Assembly: GCA_046045965.1 (NCBI GenBank)
Contig: JBJOKS010000017.1
Location: forward strand, 32,001-96,000
Length of the DNA stretch: 64,000 bases
DNA from: Cyanobacteriota bacterium
GTDB lineage: Bacteria > Cyanobacteriota > Cyanobacteriia > Cyanobacteriales > Nostocaceae
Direction: 5' to 3'
Positions 63,819-64,000 of this stretch are shown one piece after another. The notes under the pieces are model-generated. The model did not search any database and was not told where the DNA came from. It worked only from the letters and a program-made list of their open reading frames with translations. Numbering within the stretch: the stretch's first letter is position 1; the number at the start of each line of letters is the position of its first letter. The position numbers and the translations under genes are program-made.

Positions 63819-64000
63819 TTTATATGTTTCAAAAGCTCTCAGAATTGAAAGTATTCAAGGACTTTATTTAAGCATTAGGACTTATTGCTATATTTCCAAA
63901 GGTAGATACTATTATTTAACTTTTGGAGCTTGAGTCATTTCCAGTTAGACTGAGTGGGTTAGTTTAATAATTGATTTTCAAGCTTCTCGACATGAGATGC

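Overview
AT-rich chromosomal segment of a filamentous, probably heterocyst-forming cyanobacterium (Nostocales-like). This is inferred from frequent HIP1 octamers (GCGATCGC), 7-bp STRR tandem repeats and cyanobacterial gene content. The core genes are miaA, gyrB (with a 435-aa HNH intein), sigA, hli, a GyrA-box-less gyrA/parC paralog, a TetR + MacAB-type efflux unit, arfB, queG, two helical carotenoid proteins plus a CTDH, a partner-switching/two-component cluster with an ETR1-like ethylene-binding hybrid kinase, ftsE, sdhA, glcD, nagZ, crtP-crtB, tRNA-Lys(CTT) and tRNA-Ser(GCT). Accessory material: (i) an extended TerY-phosphorylation-triad cluster (vWA, CAP, TerY, PP2C, kinase, beta-helix protein) truncated at the left edge; (ii) a 190-bp non-autonomous IS200/IS605-type element that appears to keep only its ends and a TnpB omega/reRNA-like segment; (iii) an RTX/Calx-beta surface protein with a recent 3 x 450-bp internal amplification; (iv) a 14xWD40-KAP NTPase and an orphan double-glycine-leader peptide beside tRNA-Lys; (v) several MITE/REP families, one pair inverted around a carotenoprotein gene. 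All calls come from reading motifs by eye; no database searches were run.
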